A stretch of DNA of 63,132 bases, filler included, from Rhabdomonas costata (taxonomy: Eukaryota), in assembly GCA_019059605.1 (NCBI GenBank). It is 47 parts of 47 records of this genome, joined end to end, with 100 filler letters (N's around TTAATTAATTAA, not from the genome) between each part and the next. Parts side by side here need not be neighbours in the genome. Positions count along the whole stretch, not along the records: positions 21,524 to 22,769 come from JAHMHO010022097.1; positions 22,870 to 24,114 come from JAHMHO010022098.1; positions 24,215 to 25,459 come from JAHMHO010022099.1; positions 25,560 to 26,804 come from JAHMHO010022100.1; positions 26,905 to 28,152 come from JAHMHO010022101.1; positions 28,253 to 29,513 come from JAHMHO010022102.1; positions 29,614 to 30,858 come from JAHMHO010022103.1; positions 30,959 to 32,203 come from JAHMHO010022104.1; 39 more parts are not named here. One strand, 5' to 3'. Below are positions 21,424-35,236 of this stretch, piece after piece. The translations under genes were made by a program, and so were the position numbers. The notes below the pieces were generated by a model. The model ran no database searches, was not told the origin of the DNA, and saw nothing but the letters and a program-made list of their open reading frames with translations. Each line of letters starts with the position of its first letter. The first letter of the stretch is position 1.

Positions 21424-23154
21424 NNNNNNNNNNNNNNNNNNNNNNNNNNNNNNNNNNNNNNNNNNNNTTAATTAATTAANNNNNNNNNNNNNNNNNNNNN
21501 NNNNNNNNNNNNNNNNNNNNNNNAACAAAGGCAAGACCCCCGGGTCGTTGTACAGTTTCCAGTAAGCCCTCCGGAGCGTTTTGACCCAAAGCCGGCGCCG
21601 CGGCCCGGAAGCCGCATCCTCCACGGAGTGGACGTAGCGCATAAAATGGCGCCAACCCACGGCCTACAGTCCGCGCACCGGTTCCACGAGACCCCATGCT
21701 TTCCGAGCGGCCCGTGGCAAGCCCTATTTCATTTCTTCCTTTCTTTTGCATCGTCCCTTTTGTTTGTCTTTGCGTTTCTGCGTTTTGCGCGTTAGTTTTG
21801 GTTCTGGAAGGCCACCGTTTTACATAGATTCCATGTGCCTCCGGCCTCTTCGTTTGGACCTGTGTGCCATTTTGTATATCACTCTTCCACCCGAAGTTTC
21901 CTTACAGCATGTTCTGGGTCTGCTGCCAGATCGTAATTACGAAAGTATTTTGCGTTCGATATCACATCCTGATACAGAGGAGAATAGTAAATAGACGGAG
22001 TTCCAGAGAGCCCGGTGAATCAAGGGTCGGCAGCGGCAAATTTCAAAAGCAAAGGATCGCTCCACATCCCGCACAAAGACACTACCAAGAGACCGCGGGC
22101 GTCATATACACACCCCGCTTGGTCGGCAGAGTTGTGCCCACAGAGGTTTCCAGATTTAAGCCAAAGCGGCTTTGGTTGGCACCCCCGCCACCGTTTCGGA
22201 GAGGCGACGCCAGCAGAAGGCACCATTAGAGCGCCCACCGGACAAACGAAAGAGACCTGCGCCTCGTTCTAGTGGTACAGACAATGACAATGGCACTTAA
22301 CGCCAAAAACGCCCAGGTGTACCCGCACTCAAGTTCGTTGCGTGTCTTGGTCATGGGAATCATACCGTCCCACAAACCTGTCAAATGTTACCGCCCAACA
22401 GCTCAACATAAGTGCGACATCACAAAGGATCACCCCTCCGGTAAGTGCGTTTTTTTGCGCTTCATTTTTCCCGTTCAATTGGTGGGTTCAAGGGTTCTTT
22501 GGACGCGTGTGCACGATCAGGTTCTCTCTCGTTTGGTTGTTTGGATTTTTGTCGCAGACGCGTCCTAAATGCCAAAATGCACTACTATCGTCTTGAACTT
22601 CACTTCTTTGAGTGCTCTTTTTGACCTTAGTGGGTTTCTCTTTGGGTCTTCCTCAGACTTTCTGACAACTCACCTGGTAAGCGGGCCAAAGACCGACCAG
22701 GCCGGTTTAGTTCAGGTCAACTATCCCCCTTGCGGAGACCACTGCTCGATCACGTGCTTCACCCAAAAANNNNNNNNNNNNNNNNNNNNNNNNNNNNNNN
22801 NNNNNNNNNNNNNTTAATTAATTAANNNNNNNNNNNNNNNNNNNNNNNNNNNNNNNNNNNNNNNNNNNNTGTGTTGGGTGGTTTGCGAAGTGGCCTGTGC
22901 TCAGGTCCCTCAGTGCCATCAGTGTTAACAGATAAAAGCTGACGTTGCAGTTCTCGAGCTTTTCTTTTCTTTGGTCTGGTGGGAGATGGGTAGACGGCTT
23001 TGGCGGCATTGGGAAGAGTAAGATCTGCTGGAGGTAGTTATCCATGATGGTCAGCTTACCGGGGCGGTTGGGTTTTGCCTCTTCAAGGATTGAGTTCGCG
23101 GAATGCACCATAGAAACAGTTGGACACACATACACACCTCGCTCTTTTGTGCAG

Positions 23155-23848
23155 GATGTTCTCTCCGCGGGAATCATCACAAACGACGCTGTGGGCGTGG
23201 TGAGGGACATGACCGGGCCCCAGGGGCTGGCCAAAGTGGTCTCCGACAACGTCCTGGGGGTGTGCAACAGCTACCAGCAGGGGCTCCTTTTGGTCCGCGC
23301 CTTTTTTCTCGTGTCCTTTTTGTCCGTGTCTATCACTCCCTCTGGGCGGTCAAAAAAGAGAATTTATGTGACCTGCTCCATGGGCAGCGTTTTATATTCA
23401 TCCCTTTCTAGCCAAAAAAGTCTTCCTCCAGTCGATAACTGCTCACAAGTTTGGGGCTTAGCGCAGGCTTTACTATCTCTGTGGTGCATAATCCAAGTGC
23501 TGAAAATGAGATGTGGAGTGAGAATGAGAAAAATTGGAAATTGTGAGGTGCCCATCCTCCCCAAAAGGTTCGGGCACTGGTTCAAAATCACAATTAATGG
23601 CCTTCCCTTCGCCTTTCCTCTCCTTACCCAGACCCTTTCAACCCATTCCCGCCATCCCCCCAAAGGTTGCCCGCCTGCCTCTCTGGGCCGTGGCTGTTCT
23701 TTCCCTTCTGAACTCCTTCACTGATTCCGTTCCCTGATCCTGCGTGCGAGCGTGTGTTCGCGCGCGCGTGGCAGATCTACATCGGGTGCGGAGTTATTGC
23801 AGGGAGCCTGGTGCTTGCCCTTGTAGTGTTCAGCATGGGACAGAAGAG
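23155..23848 (+). CDS. Membrane protein fragment (tweety/prominin-like topology), exons 23155-23292 and 23775-23848
   Basis: Phase-0 junction gives ...LGVCNSYQQGLLL|IYIGCGVIAGSLVLALVVFSMGQKR, a Cys followed by a transmembrane helix and a basic stop-transfer segment. Confidence 0.55.
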
Positions 23849-24267
23849 GTGTGAGGCAGCTCCGTGCCGCACTCTGTTGTAGCTCCTTTCTCTTGTTCCC
23901 ACCTGGGGCGAATGTGTTCTGGAAGGGGAGGGTTTCCTCGTGTCCGCGGAAAAAATGCTTGGGGTGGGGGGAGACTGAAGCAAGATGCGTCTTGCTTCAT
24001 TCCTGCACCCCCCGAATAATCTTTTGATCTGCTTTCTTCCGTCTGAGGTTGTGCGTATTGGAAGGGGGACCAACTTGAACTTGATGGTAAAGTCATTGCC
24101 ATCCCCCCCCCACANNNNNNNNNNNNNNNNNNNNNNNNNNNNNNNNNNNNNNNNNNNNTTAATTAATTAANNNNNNNNNNNNNNNNNNNNNNNNNNNNNN
24201 NNNNNNNNNNNNNNTGCATGCAATCATGCGGAATACGGAAAAGAGGTCGGGCGGTGTTCCGGCCACA

Positions 24268-24690
24268 CCTGCTGCCTGCGGAGGTGTTGGGGGTTGGGCA
24301 GGTGCCGGCCCTGCTCCTGCTCCTGCAGCCTGGAGTGCAATACGGGTGGCATGGTGAGAGGTGGGAGGTATTCGAGGTGTGCATTTGGCTGGGAACGTGA
24401 GCAGTTGAGATAATGGGAGCTATACTTATCAAAGAAAATAGGACAGCTTAAGAAACCTTTCCACAAACACAAAAATGATAACACGAGAAGAGACTTTTTC
24501 GAAAAGACTTTTTCGAAGAAAAAAAGACAACGACACAAACAATGTGCAGTTTCGTACACGCACACACGACCGCTGAGCAGCACTGGTCCGCATTATGTCG
24601 TCGATACTTCTCTGTGTCACTGCCAACTGCATCCTCTTGCGGGCATCCTCGCGTGACCACGGAGGGCGAACCCGCGAGGACGCGGTGCTG
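24268..24690 (-). CDS. Hypothetical protein, putative exons about 24690-24574 and 24387-24268
   Basis: AG/GT bounded GC-rich segments, e.g. RPPWSREDARKRMQLAVTQRSIDDIMRTSAAQR. Confidence 0.35.
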
Positions 24691-25559
24691 GCAAAAGCAA
24701 AACAGAGCACCATCAAAGCAGAAAGAACTCGCTAAGGCTCGACCAAGTCCGGGATAAGATTGAGGAGGACCTCAGAAGCGGCCTTTTCAATGCCTATCAT
24801 AAAGGGCAGTTGAGTGGTTTTCCGAAGTTTTCGGTTCCCGGCGTCCACAAAGAAGATGTTGGGCAATATCACAACCTCTTTCGGCTTATCAAAACCAAGC
24901 CGGTGCAACACACCGAGAGAAAAAAGAAATAGAGGATGAGACGAAAGAGCAACAAAAAAGAGGGTGCCGGCAAAAGAAAAAGGCGATGATGTGAAACGAG
25001 GGCACATGACGTTAGGAGGCGACTTATGCCTATAGGGGGAAACTTGCTCGTAGTGCTCCAAACAAACAAACAAATAAACAAACAAACCACAGGACGCACT
25101 CACAGCTTTCCGAACACCTTTACTTTGAGGTTCAGTAACAAGCAGAAATATCTGACAGTTTAAATTAACCGCTATAGACTGTTCCCGCATCAGCGGGGGG
25201 GGGGGGTGGAGTGAGCTAAATCCCGAAAAGAGGTTTACTTGGCATCCAGTGAGGGCAGGGCCGTTAGATGTACGACAACGGGCGCGAAGCGAAGAAAACA
25301 TCATGAAAGGGCATGGCACAAACCTAAATGGGGTTGCACACACATCAGCAGGAAGTGGGGGCGCGCTGGAGGCCATTTTTTTTGCTAGTCGGGTTTCGAG
25401 CCTTTCTGCCCAGGCTCAAGACATTTCCAAAAACAGTACACTCCAAACAAAAAACAAAANNNNNNNNNNNNNNNNNNNNNNNNNNNNNNNNNNNNNNNNN
25501 NNNTTAATTAATTAANNNNNNNNNNNNNNNNNNNNNNNNNNNNNNNNNNNNNNNNNNNN

Positions 25560-25662
25560 GGTTGGGGAAAAAAGTGCAACCTGCAAAATTTCCGGAGATC
25601 GAAACTGAAACATTTTTTATTCTATGCAAATTTTGCAGGTTGCACTTTTTTCCCCAGCCCTG
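25560..25662. mobile_element. MITE-like palindromic element with 28-bp perfect inverted arms
   Basis: GGGGAAAAAAGTGCAACCTGCAAAATTT (25564-25591) pairs with 25628-25655. The right end continues AGCCCTG, a CAGGG-type terminus. Confidence 0.6.
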
Positions 25663-27099
25663 TGCAATGCTAACCGCCATCTTGCACTATAACCCTCTTG
25701 CACTATTGTTCAAATATTATTCAATGTTGAATGGTTTGATTTCGAAACATCGTGAATATAGTATGCGCATAAATGCGCACATGGGAGGGCATGAAGGGGC
25801 TAAACCGAAGCAGGCCTGTGGTCTTTTGTATACACAGCAAAAAATGCGCACATTTGAACTGTATAACCATACCAGTGATCATTGACGATAGTCCAGCGCA
25901 CAGAGTGTTCGGCGTACGCAGAAAAGGGAGCAATGGGAGCACCCAGGCAGTATGCTAGGGACAAATTTTCTTTTCATCCATCTTTCGGGTGGTCGCTTAA
26001 GCCTGCATGAGAAGAGGGGGTGTGAAGGGGAGGTTAGAGAAGGAGAAGACAGGAAAAGAGAGGAGAGAAGAACGAAGGAGAGGGAGAAAGCGTGTGCAAA
26101 AATAGACGGAGGGAAGGACAAGGGTCTAGAACAGAGAAAAAAATATGGACAAAGATTGGATAGTAAGCGAATGATGCTACGGGATGGGGTTTTCTGACAG
26201 TGTTTATGGATATGATGGACACACGAAATAAGAAGAGAGAGATGGAGCGAGGAAGGGAGAAGGGCGAGGAGGGGGAGGGGGTGCAATGGTTCAAACGGGC
26301 TAGTGGGGAAAGGGAAGGCAGCCTTTGCAGAGGACCAGTGTGCAGCGAAGAGGTAATCAAAGAGGTGGGGCTGTTCGCTTCAAACCGCACTGAGAAGTGT
26401 GGGTACTCTCCTCTTTCGCCCTTGTTCTTGCCACTACTACGTGCCTGGTTCTGCCCCGTTTTTGCCACAGTAAAAACCTTTCTGCGCACCACCCGGCGAC
26501 ACGTGCACGTGAATGTGCACGTGGTGTGCGGCCGATATGACACGCTCGCCGGGAGTTTCTGAAATCGTGCAGCTGGAATTCTTTTCCCGTTTCCTTCGTC
26601 CTCGAGATGAAAGCGATGAAAGAGGGCAAACCACATTCTATTGGTGCAGCTTGGAACTTCCTTTAGCAGCGAATGCAACTACTTCCAACCACCTCCAATG
26701 CGTCTGGTTCCAACATCGCGGGACATCATGCCCTTGCGGCGTCTTGCCATTTTTCGCTTTGGCGCGCACGTGCCTTTACTCAATCATCAAATATACCCAA
26801 CACANNNNNNNNNNNNNNNNNNNNNNNNNNNNNNNNNNNNNNNNNNNNTTAATTAATTAANNNNNNNNNNNNNNNNNNNNNNNNNNNNNNNNNNNNNNNN
26901 NNNNGTGTTGGGTGTGGGTGGTTGTTTGGGTAAGCAATGTACTTGTGTGTGTCTGTGTTGTGTTTGTTTTTCCCCAGAGTAAGGGCAGCAATGGCTAACG
27001 TCTGAACTTGTTCGAGGAGAACGTGGGACACTCAGGCTTTGTCAGGCAATGCCTGGTCGAAGATGTACTGCTCATCTTGTTTTCTCCCTGATTTCGAAG

Positions 27100-27183
27100 G
27101 TATTGATGTGGTGCAGAGAATGATTGAGCACTACAACCAGAACTACAGCGCCAACCGGATGAAGCTCGCTGTTCTTGGAAAGG
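27100..27183 (+). CDS. Exon of an insulysin-like peptidase (M16A)
   Basis: GIDVVQRMIEHYNQNYSANRMKLAVLGK matches the IDE/pitrilysin motif 'gidvr..Ll.f....YSan.M.l.vlG'. AAG acceptor and GTGCGT donor. Confidence 0.85.
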
Positions 27184-28336
27184 GTGCGTGCGTATTTGCC
27201 TCCCGCACCCAGCCGAGCTCGGGTTGCTTCCACAACATGGAATACAATAAGCTGGTGTGAAACCTTGTTGAGATCTTGAACCTGTGGTCGTTGGGCTAAT
27301 TTGGTTGGGCGAACAACCGAGAGATCGAAAAAGCAGGTGTGACTGGGGATCATCAAGGGGCAATTGAATTTTTGGTCGTGGTGGTGGTGGGGGGCATAAA
27401 CGCTTAGCACTGCTAAACGTTTATGTCAGAACGTTGGGGCGATGAACGGTTCCCCCAAGATCTCAATGCAAAACGGATTCAATAATTATAGGTGTGGAGG
27501 CCAGTCTGCAGTCGGAGCGGGCGGATAGGCTGGGACGTTCAATGGGGTGGGCGATGCTCTGTTTAGCATTTCGTGGCGTCCGATTTAGACACATTTTTGG
27601 GGGATGTCGACCATCTCTGCATGCGTTTATTTTACCAACCAAATGGGGTTAGATATACTGTTTTGCCCCACAGACGTACGAGGGTTTTAGCAGCTGTGAA
27701 CGTTTAACGCCCCGATGACGATGAAACAGGAAGAGTCGTCCATGGTGGCAAAGTAAGCGGGATTATCGAGCCGCTGTTGATTGTTGGTGTGGTGTTTGGA
27801 GGCGGAGTGCTTCATGAGCCTCGAAACACCACCATTCGTGAAGAAGTGGGGTGCCGCAGTATTGTTCGGTGGGTGGGTTGGTGACTTATAGAGTCCCACG
27901 CTGAGCTTTGCAACTGGGTCGAGGAGCACTTCAGCGCGATCCCCAACAAGCACATCCCCCTACCCCAGTACATTGGGCAGGTTTTTTTGCCCCCGCCTTC
28001 ACGTCTCGTTTGTCAGAATGTGTGAGGCGGATATCCACGATGGTGCTGAAAAGACGCTACAAATCTGAAAGATGAACAGTCGTCCATAATGGAGACCAAC
28101 CAAGAGTTTTTCTTCTCTGTTATCGATGCGCCTGCACTGCTCCCCACCCCCCNNNNNNNNNNNNNNNNNNNNNNNNNNNNNNNNNNNNNNNNNNNNTTAA
28201 TTAATTAANNNNNNNNNNNNNNNNNNNNNNNNNNNNNNNNNNNNNNNNNNNNGGTTTTGGGTATTTCACAATATAACCTCCTCCCTCCACATTATCACTT
28301 CCTCCTGCACATGCAGCAAATTGTAACCACTTCATT

Positions 28337-28375
28337 TGAGTGAGTGAGTGAGTGAGTGAGTGAGTGAGTGAGTGA

Positions 28376-28419
<44 letters not shown>
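28337..28419. repeat. Compound microsatellite (TGAG)n(TG)n
   Basis: Directly visible in the sequence. Confidence 0.97.
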
Positions 28420-28420
<1 letters not shown>

Positions 28421-30292
28421 GTAGAGAGCTCATCAAGATGTCAACATGTAGAAGCTAGAGCCCTTGTTTCTTTTTTCGTGAACACGTCCCTTAGAGCGCC
28501 CTAGCGACACGTGCTGCGTCACGTTAGGCCCCGTTGTGTCCTGCGCCGAAATGTGCTGCCCGCTCCCCACCACCAATACGTTTGTTACATCGCTACAATG
28601 CGTTTCTCACATGGCACGTCCACATAGCCCAGTCACTCACGTGTTCCGCGTTTCCATTTGTCTCCCCCTCTCTGCTCTCTTTCTCTTCTTCTCACCTTCG
28701 CCGAAGCCTGCATGGTCTGACTCTGGTCTTCTGCTTGCAGAGCAGTGACGCGTCAGAACTCCTTGGAGAATGAGAATGAGTATAGAATGGTACCAGGGGT
28801 TAATGTGCAGGGGAGGAATTTTAAATTTAAAAAAATTGAAAAATTAGAGCACAGCCTTCCTCATGACGAAAATAAAAGCGGCGTACCCTGTTTGTCAAGG
28901 CCACCAGCCTCGGAATAGTTCTGCGCAACATAGTCTCGCGTAATAATTAAACGCCTAATTAAACAGGGCTCCACTCACTTTACATTTTGCTCACTGTTGC
29001 TTTAGTTTGTTCATATGTAAAGCAGGATGGGTTGGCTAAAATGTAGTACTTTCTTCCCTCACTTTTTTGCGGAGCTTGAAGGACGGTTCTGCCCCCAAAG
29101 CTTAGTACACTTTACTAAAGCTCCAAAAAAAACATTGGTGGGTTTGAGGTTATGAAAAAAGCAACATTTCCAATTGAAATGACCCCTTATTTCTGTCTTA
29201 TAACTTTCTGGAACCGGAAAGGAACCGAGCAACTCCAGACGGCAGGATCTTGTCATTGAAGCTCATTGTGCTGCTCTTCTAATGCTTTGCACCTCTGTCT
29301 CCGTGGTTTTTTTTTTCACACTTTTACTTTGCTTCGAAGGGGAAAGGAATTTCGCTCGTTTGCGCAGCGGTTTTTCTGCTTCTTTTTTTTTTATTGAGAT
29401 GGGTGACATACCTGGCAGCAGCCCCCGTTGGGGAATCCCTCGAAAAGCGACCACCCATTGTACTCCAGCACCACTTCACTTCAATGGAGGAATCGGCAGA
29501 TGGCTTTCTGTTGNNNNNNNNNNNNNNNNNNNNNNNNNNNNNNNNNNNNNNNNNNNNTTAATTAATTAANNNNNNNNNNNNNNNNNNNNNNNNNNNNNNN
29601 NNNNNNNNNNNNNTGTGGTTGGGGTTTGTGTTTGTGTTTTGGTGTGAGGTGGGAAAAGGAAGTGAATTCAGACAGGTTTCCATTTTCTCAGACCGCTTCA
29701 CACCACTCAAAAAAATGCAGAACCACAGCAAAGGTTCGTCTGAGCTGCAAACCTGGGGCCAGCGCACCTCACCCGGAGACTTGCAAACCAAATTGGGGAA
29801 TGGGGAACATTTTTGGTTGGAGATGCAGCCAACTCTGCAGGAGTGTCACATCGAATACAAGTGGTTCAGTTTTTTGCTTTGCTACCTGTTTCCTAAAGTT
29901 CTAAAACTTTGTGATTCTCGAGAGCAGAAATCCATGAACGTGGAGCCCACCCACAGTCCCCACCCACAGCACCATAGCAGCCTTGGCAAACGGAAGAAAT
30001 CAGAAAAACAGAGACAGAAGAAAAAAGAGAGAGCTTAAACCCTGTGAACGTTCTTCCCGTGAGTGATGCGCTACGACAACAGTGACCGCGTTTTCAACTT
30101 TCACCCTCCCCCTGTGCACGTTTGCTTGCACAACTGGTTTCGAGTTCTTTCTGCGTCTGGCTGTTGCCTGACCGGCGGTTGGTGACCCCTATCGGCTGAC
30201 GGGCAACGGTGTTGTTCACAGGTGCTTGCGGGAGATGTCTTCGGATTTGTACCGGGTCACACAGTGAGTTCCACCCCCCCCCCCATACACAC

Positions 30293-30422
30293 CGTCGAGG
30301 TCGTCGAGGTCCCACCCAGGACCGCCCTCGACCCGGGGCCCGTTCTCGTCCATGGGCTCGTCGTCCATGTCCAGGTTGCTCTTCTTGCCCTCCATCGACC
30401 TCAGGAAGAAGCTCTTCTCCGC
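30293..30422 (-). CDS. Acidic exon, possibly the coatomer alpha (COPA) linker
   Basis: AEKSFFLRSMEGKKSNLDMDDEPMDENGPRVEGGPGWDLDDLD resembles the COPA 'skgfFe...acidic...GW..d' linker. AG/GT boundaries. Confidence 0.45.
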
Positions 30423-30673
30423 CTTTTGGGAACAAAAGACAAAAACACGGTCCCACGAAATGTGCGTGCAGGAGCAGATACCCTCAAGGAGGTTTCGTTC
30501 GTTCGGTGAACATGTGCAGTGTGCATGCCAGGGACGAGATGTTTGCTAAGGATACGCTCGCCTCAAAGCAGCATTCAGGAACACAAGAAGTCTGTACCGC
30601 CCTTCACAGTGAACTTTTCATTTCCGAGACAGACGATGTAGAAATGGAGCGGGTGCTGTTGCGGGTTAGAAGT

Positions 30674-30790
30674 AGTAACGGTTACCATCGGTGAGGTTAC
30701 CACTGGTTATACGGTTCCCAGCTATAACGCCTTTACCACCGGAAACCACAACTGACGGTTACCACTAGTAACGGTTACCAATGGTTCCAA
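30674..30790. repeat. Cluster of GGTTACC / TAACGGTTACCA motifs
   Basis: AGTAACGGTTACCA occurs twice, with at least four partial copies within about 120 bp. Confidence 0.7.
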
Positions 30791-31672
30791 CTTTAACTGG
30801 GCCGGTGTTCGCAGTTGTTGTTTATAAAAGCAGCACACCGGCAGCAGGGGCCAGTTGTNNNNNNNNNNNNNNNNNNNNNNNNNNNNNNNNNNNNNNNNNN
30901 NNTTAATTAATTAANNNNNNNNNNNNNNNNNNNNNNNNNNNNNNNNNNNNNNNNNNNNGGGTGGGGGGCGGGAAGATGGAGGGGCGCGTGCGCGTGGAGT
31001 GGTACAGGTTGTCTCCATGGGTGGGTCAGGCGGAGCAATTGTAACTGCGAAGTGTGTGCGATGCCGAGACTTTAGGTGACCGAACCGAACCGAACCTTCA
31101 CTGGACATCTTTTAGCTTAAGTGGCGTCAGCAAAAAAACCCTCCCAGACCCCAAAAAGATAAGAGCCTTTCAAAAATCGCAACTTGGACACTAAAGAGGT
31201 TTCGATCCTCAGTGACCCTCTAAACTGTTTTCCTAAAAGAACCGAGCGGAGCTCAAGCCGATCCGGAAAGTCACTTCTGCAATACCCACTCACTCCTCTT
31301 GGTGACAACTTGCGAGCGCTTTTCATTTCCTTTTCCCTTTTTTCCCGTCCCCTCGTCCACAGGAGCGGAAGCTTAACCCCCAGCAGCGCTCCGAGAAGGC
31401 CGTGGTGAAGATGCAGCGGGAGTCTGACACGGAGCCTTTGGTGACCCTTTTCGGGGTACGCCCGCACGTTTCCACGAAAAAAAGGACGTAACCCAAAATC
31501 AACATGTGAACTTAAAAAGCAATGAAAGAAAAGGAACCGTTTTTGTGAGGCGGTTCTGCTTCCAACGTTCCAACGTTTAAAGAAGTGATTAGCACTTTGA
31601 GAAAAAGCCTTCGGGGTCATTTTCCAAGAGTTTCGTGAATTACTTACTTCCGTTTCCCTTTCCGTTTTTGTT

Positions 31673-31794
31673 TCCATTTCCATATCCATATCCATATCCA
31701 TATCCATATCCATATCCATATCCATATCCATATCCATTTCCATTTCCATTTCCATTTCCATTTCCATTTCCATTTCCATTTCCATTTCCATTTC
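31673..31794. repeat. Compound hexamer microsatellite (CCATAT)n(CCATTT)n
   Basis: Directly visible. It explains the spurious EMEM/DMDM ORF. Confidence 0.97.
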
Positions 31795-32420
31795 CGAGCT
31801 AACTACCAAAAAGTACTCTCGCGCACAACCCCTGAGAAACGATGTTGACATCAATGATCTCTCTCTCTCTCTCTCTTCAGAGAGTTCCCGGCCAGGCCAC
31901 TGGCAAAGGGCACGCTCTCTGCAAGACTCGCTTCTCACTCACTCACTCACTCACTCTCTCACTCTCACTCTCTCGCACATAACCCCCCACCTCCTCCCCA
32001 CCCCATGCATCCATCATCCCGTCACCCCGCACCTCGCACATCCAGAGCCCGACCCATCCTCCGATTCCACATGCGAAGCATCCCACAAAACGTCGACCTC
32101 CACCCCACAGTCCCAAAGAACCCGACGAAGAGCGTCCAAGACAGGTGGAGATGGTGCCTTGCTGATGATGACCCAACCACTCCGCCAGGGTCGAAAATCC
32201 ACANNNNNNNNNNNNNNNNNNNNNNNNNNNNNNNNNNNNNNNNNNNNTTAATTAATTAANNNNNNNNNNNNNNNNNNNNNNNNNNNNNNNNNNNNNNNNN
32301 NNNGCCATCGGCACAGTCACCAGTTACGTTGAAAAAATGTTCTTGGAATGACTAACTTGAGCGCCAGCGTTTCGAACCAGCTTCCGCCGTGCAAGGCCCC
32401 TTGCGAGTGCTGATGCTTAC

Positions 32421-32497
32421 CTCAGTGGTCTTCTCCACCTTGGCCTCCAGGCGCTTGTTCTCAGTGAGGAGAAACTTGAAGTACTCCACTGTCATCT
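32421..32497 (-). CDS. Single exon, coiled-coil hypothetical protein
   Basis: CAG acceptor and GAG|GTAAGC donor; EMTVEYFKFLLTENKRLEAKVEKTTE. Confidence 0.55.
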
Positions 32498-35236
32498 CTG
32501 CGGCGCGCATAACGTCCAGAGAAACATAGCGAGAACCATCGCCGCGGTTGCTACAAAGCATCGCCCACCGCGCTATCATGGGATTCCAATTACGCCCTTG
32601 CAGTCTTTGTAGCAGCTACAACTGCCGTTTGTGGTTGGAGCAAGTCGAATCCTGGATTTGCCCTCAAGTTCATCATGAATCCCCCTCTGTGACGCACGGG
32701 TTATGGTTGTATCTCTCGGGAGAGTTGTTCGAAGTGTGTCCCCTGAGAGGGGTTCTTGGTCTCGAAGTGAACCGGCACGGCACATTAAGAGGACTGTTTG
32801 AGTTACTTGCATGGAGCGCGTCATGTCACAAAGTGAGAGTGACAGCAAAAACCCACCATGAAACCTCAATGGCGAGATGTGATGACCCTCACAAGGTCGT
32901 TTTAATGCCCAAAAAAGGCTGAAAAATTCCTGAAGCACCCCATAAAGTCGCGCGCCATGAGAGAAAACCATGTCACTATGTCGCCTTTTCAGTGCGTCGT
33001 TTGCAAAGATAACTGCTCCTAATAACCATATACTGTTCAAAAATGCAGCCTTTTAATAGACATTCCACAGCACACTCTTTCCAAGGAAACTTCGCTTATA
33101 AGGTTAGGGGTCTCGAAGGTCTCAAAGTGATCCGGTACAACGTCAAGAGGGATGTTTGTGTCCAAGTATATACGCTAAATTGGATCTCACGGGGGGATTA
33201 CAGGGCAAATGCACGTGTCATATGGGAATGGTTGTTGGTTTGGCGGGACGGCAGGGAAGGTCGGTGCATGTGCACCTGGATTTTCAGATGTGTTGGAGGG
33301 GAACAGAGGGCAAGGTAACCGTTGGGTTTCGTCCGGAATGTCATGAATGAGTTTTAACTGGTTCCGGTCTCAAGCTAAACCTCAAGCAAAGCTTCACCTG
33401 CACTTTCAAGAGGGATTCAAGATCCAACTTCGCCCAGTAATGCTATCGCTTCGCTTCTCCGCACTGGCGAAGGTGCATCCTGGATCCACCCCCTGAACAA
33501 GTGCACCTTGGATCCCACCCCGTGCGTCGCCTCCTAACCCCCACCACANNNNNNNNNNNNNNNNNNNNNNNNNNNNNNNNNNNNNNNNNNNNTTAATTAA
33601 TTAANNNNNNNNNNNNNNNNNNNNNNNNNNNNNNNNNNNNNNNNNNNNTACTTGCTTAGGGGTCCTGAAAGAAAGTCATTGCGTGTGTACGGGAATAAAT
33701 ACCGAATTCTGTGACCCAGCAAAAGGCACCCAATTGGGCAGAGCTACTGCACTCCACAGCTCCACAGCCCAAACCCAAGTGCATCATTCAATCTTTCAAA
33801 ACCTTATTGGGACACTCACTCCAGTGGGGTGGGTGCGAGCACATAGCAGGACTTGTAGAAACCGGGCAGTAAGCGTCCCGCTGCCGCTCCAAGTACTCCG
33901 ATGACGCCTAATAATTCTGATGCACGTTTCTCTTTTGCGATGGAGAGATGTTTTAACATCCAACATCCCACACACCCCATAGCCCCATTACTCCTTTTCC
34001 CTGCCCCGACTTAGGTACCGTCTACGACTATAACACCAACACAAAAATGCCCAGGTTTTGCATCCAAAATACCCCCCCCAAAAAAAAAAAACGAAAGAGC
34101 AAAGATCTGTTTTCCTGAGTTGTCCCCCCAAGTCAACCCATTCCCCAGCCTCCTTGCCTTGAAGACCCTTGCAGACGGATAGGGTTGCAAATATACCGCT
34201 CTTCTTCTCCTTCTCCTCCTGTTCCGATTCAGCCAACGGGCCAACATGAAGGACGTGAAAAAGACTGAACAAGACTGAGCAAGCTGAATATTGCAAAAAC
34301 CAAAAAAAAAAAAAGTAGCGCAGAAGAGAAATATCGAGGGGAACACTTGGCTACAGGACTTGGACTGTTGGCAAGCACTTGGACGTGGGACGATAGCGTT
34401 GTAGTTGCGAACAATTTACAAGGAAAACACACAAACACAAACACAAACACTGAGGCCAGTGTACTCTTCTGGCAATTTGGAACGCTAATGAGCCCGGTTT
34501 GTGGCGTTTCTGGCGCGTGTGCACACACAAACACACTAACTCTATGAAGAAAGAGTAATATTTGATATTTTTGCGAAAAGGGGCAAAGTTCTCCCTAAAA
34601 AAAACCTCAGATAAAACCTTCCGCTGCTCGCCGTACAAAATATGTCCATCGCGATTGTTTACCGAGGCAGCGGCATCATCAACAAACCGAATAGACACTT
34701 CCACAGACACTGCACAAGGTCATGCAAAAGTGCCGACCTGGCGCTCCGACAGAGGGCTCACTGCCCGCTCGTCGAGCGTCTGATGAAACCGCAGCTTCTG
34801 CGGCTCCACCGTAAAAAGCCGTCGGAAGGCAACACCCCACACCGGGGAGCTCTCGGGAAGGATGCACCCACACACCCAACCACACCCACCACANNNNNNN
34901 NNNNNNNNNNNNNNNNNNNNNNNNNNNNNNNNNNNNNTTAATTAATTAANNNNNNNNNNNNNNNNNNNNNNNNNNNNNNNNNNNNNNNNNNNNGGGGGGG
35001 GGTGCCGACCACTTACCTTCACCAAGCCGGTTTGGAATCTGGAAACCTTTGGGGGCACAGCCTTCTTTAATCTGCGTTCTTTTTTTTAGACCAACTGGCC
35101 CATCCAGGTAACATTCCCAAAATTCGCTCCCACGTTTCTCTCTTTATGGTTTTTGGGGTAACAAGGTTCACAGGTATGGAATGAGATAAAGTGGGTAGAG
35201 TATGGCAGGAAGCGGAGCTCCATCTCGTACGTACAG

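Noticed and set aside
31117-31938. 273-aa ORF with EMEM/DMDM repeats
   Set aside because: Product of hexamer microsatellites; no coding bias.
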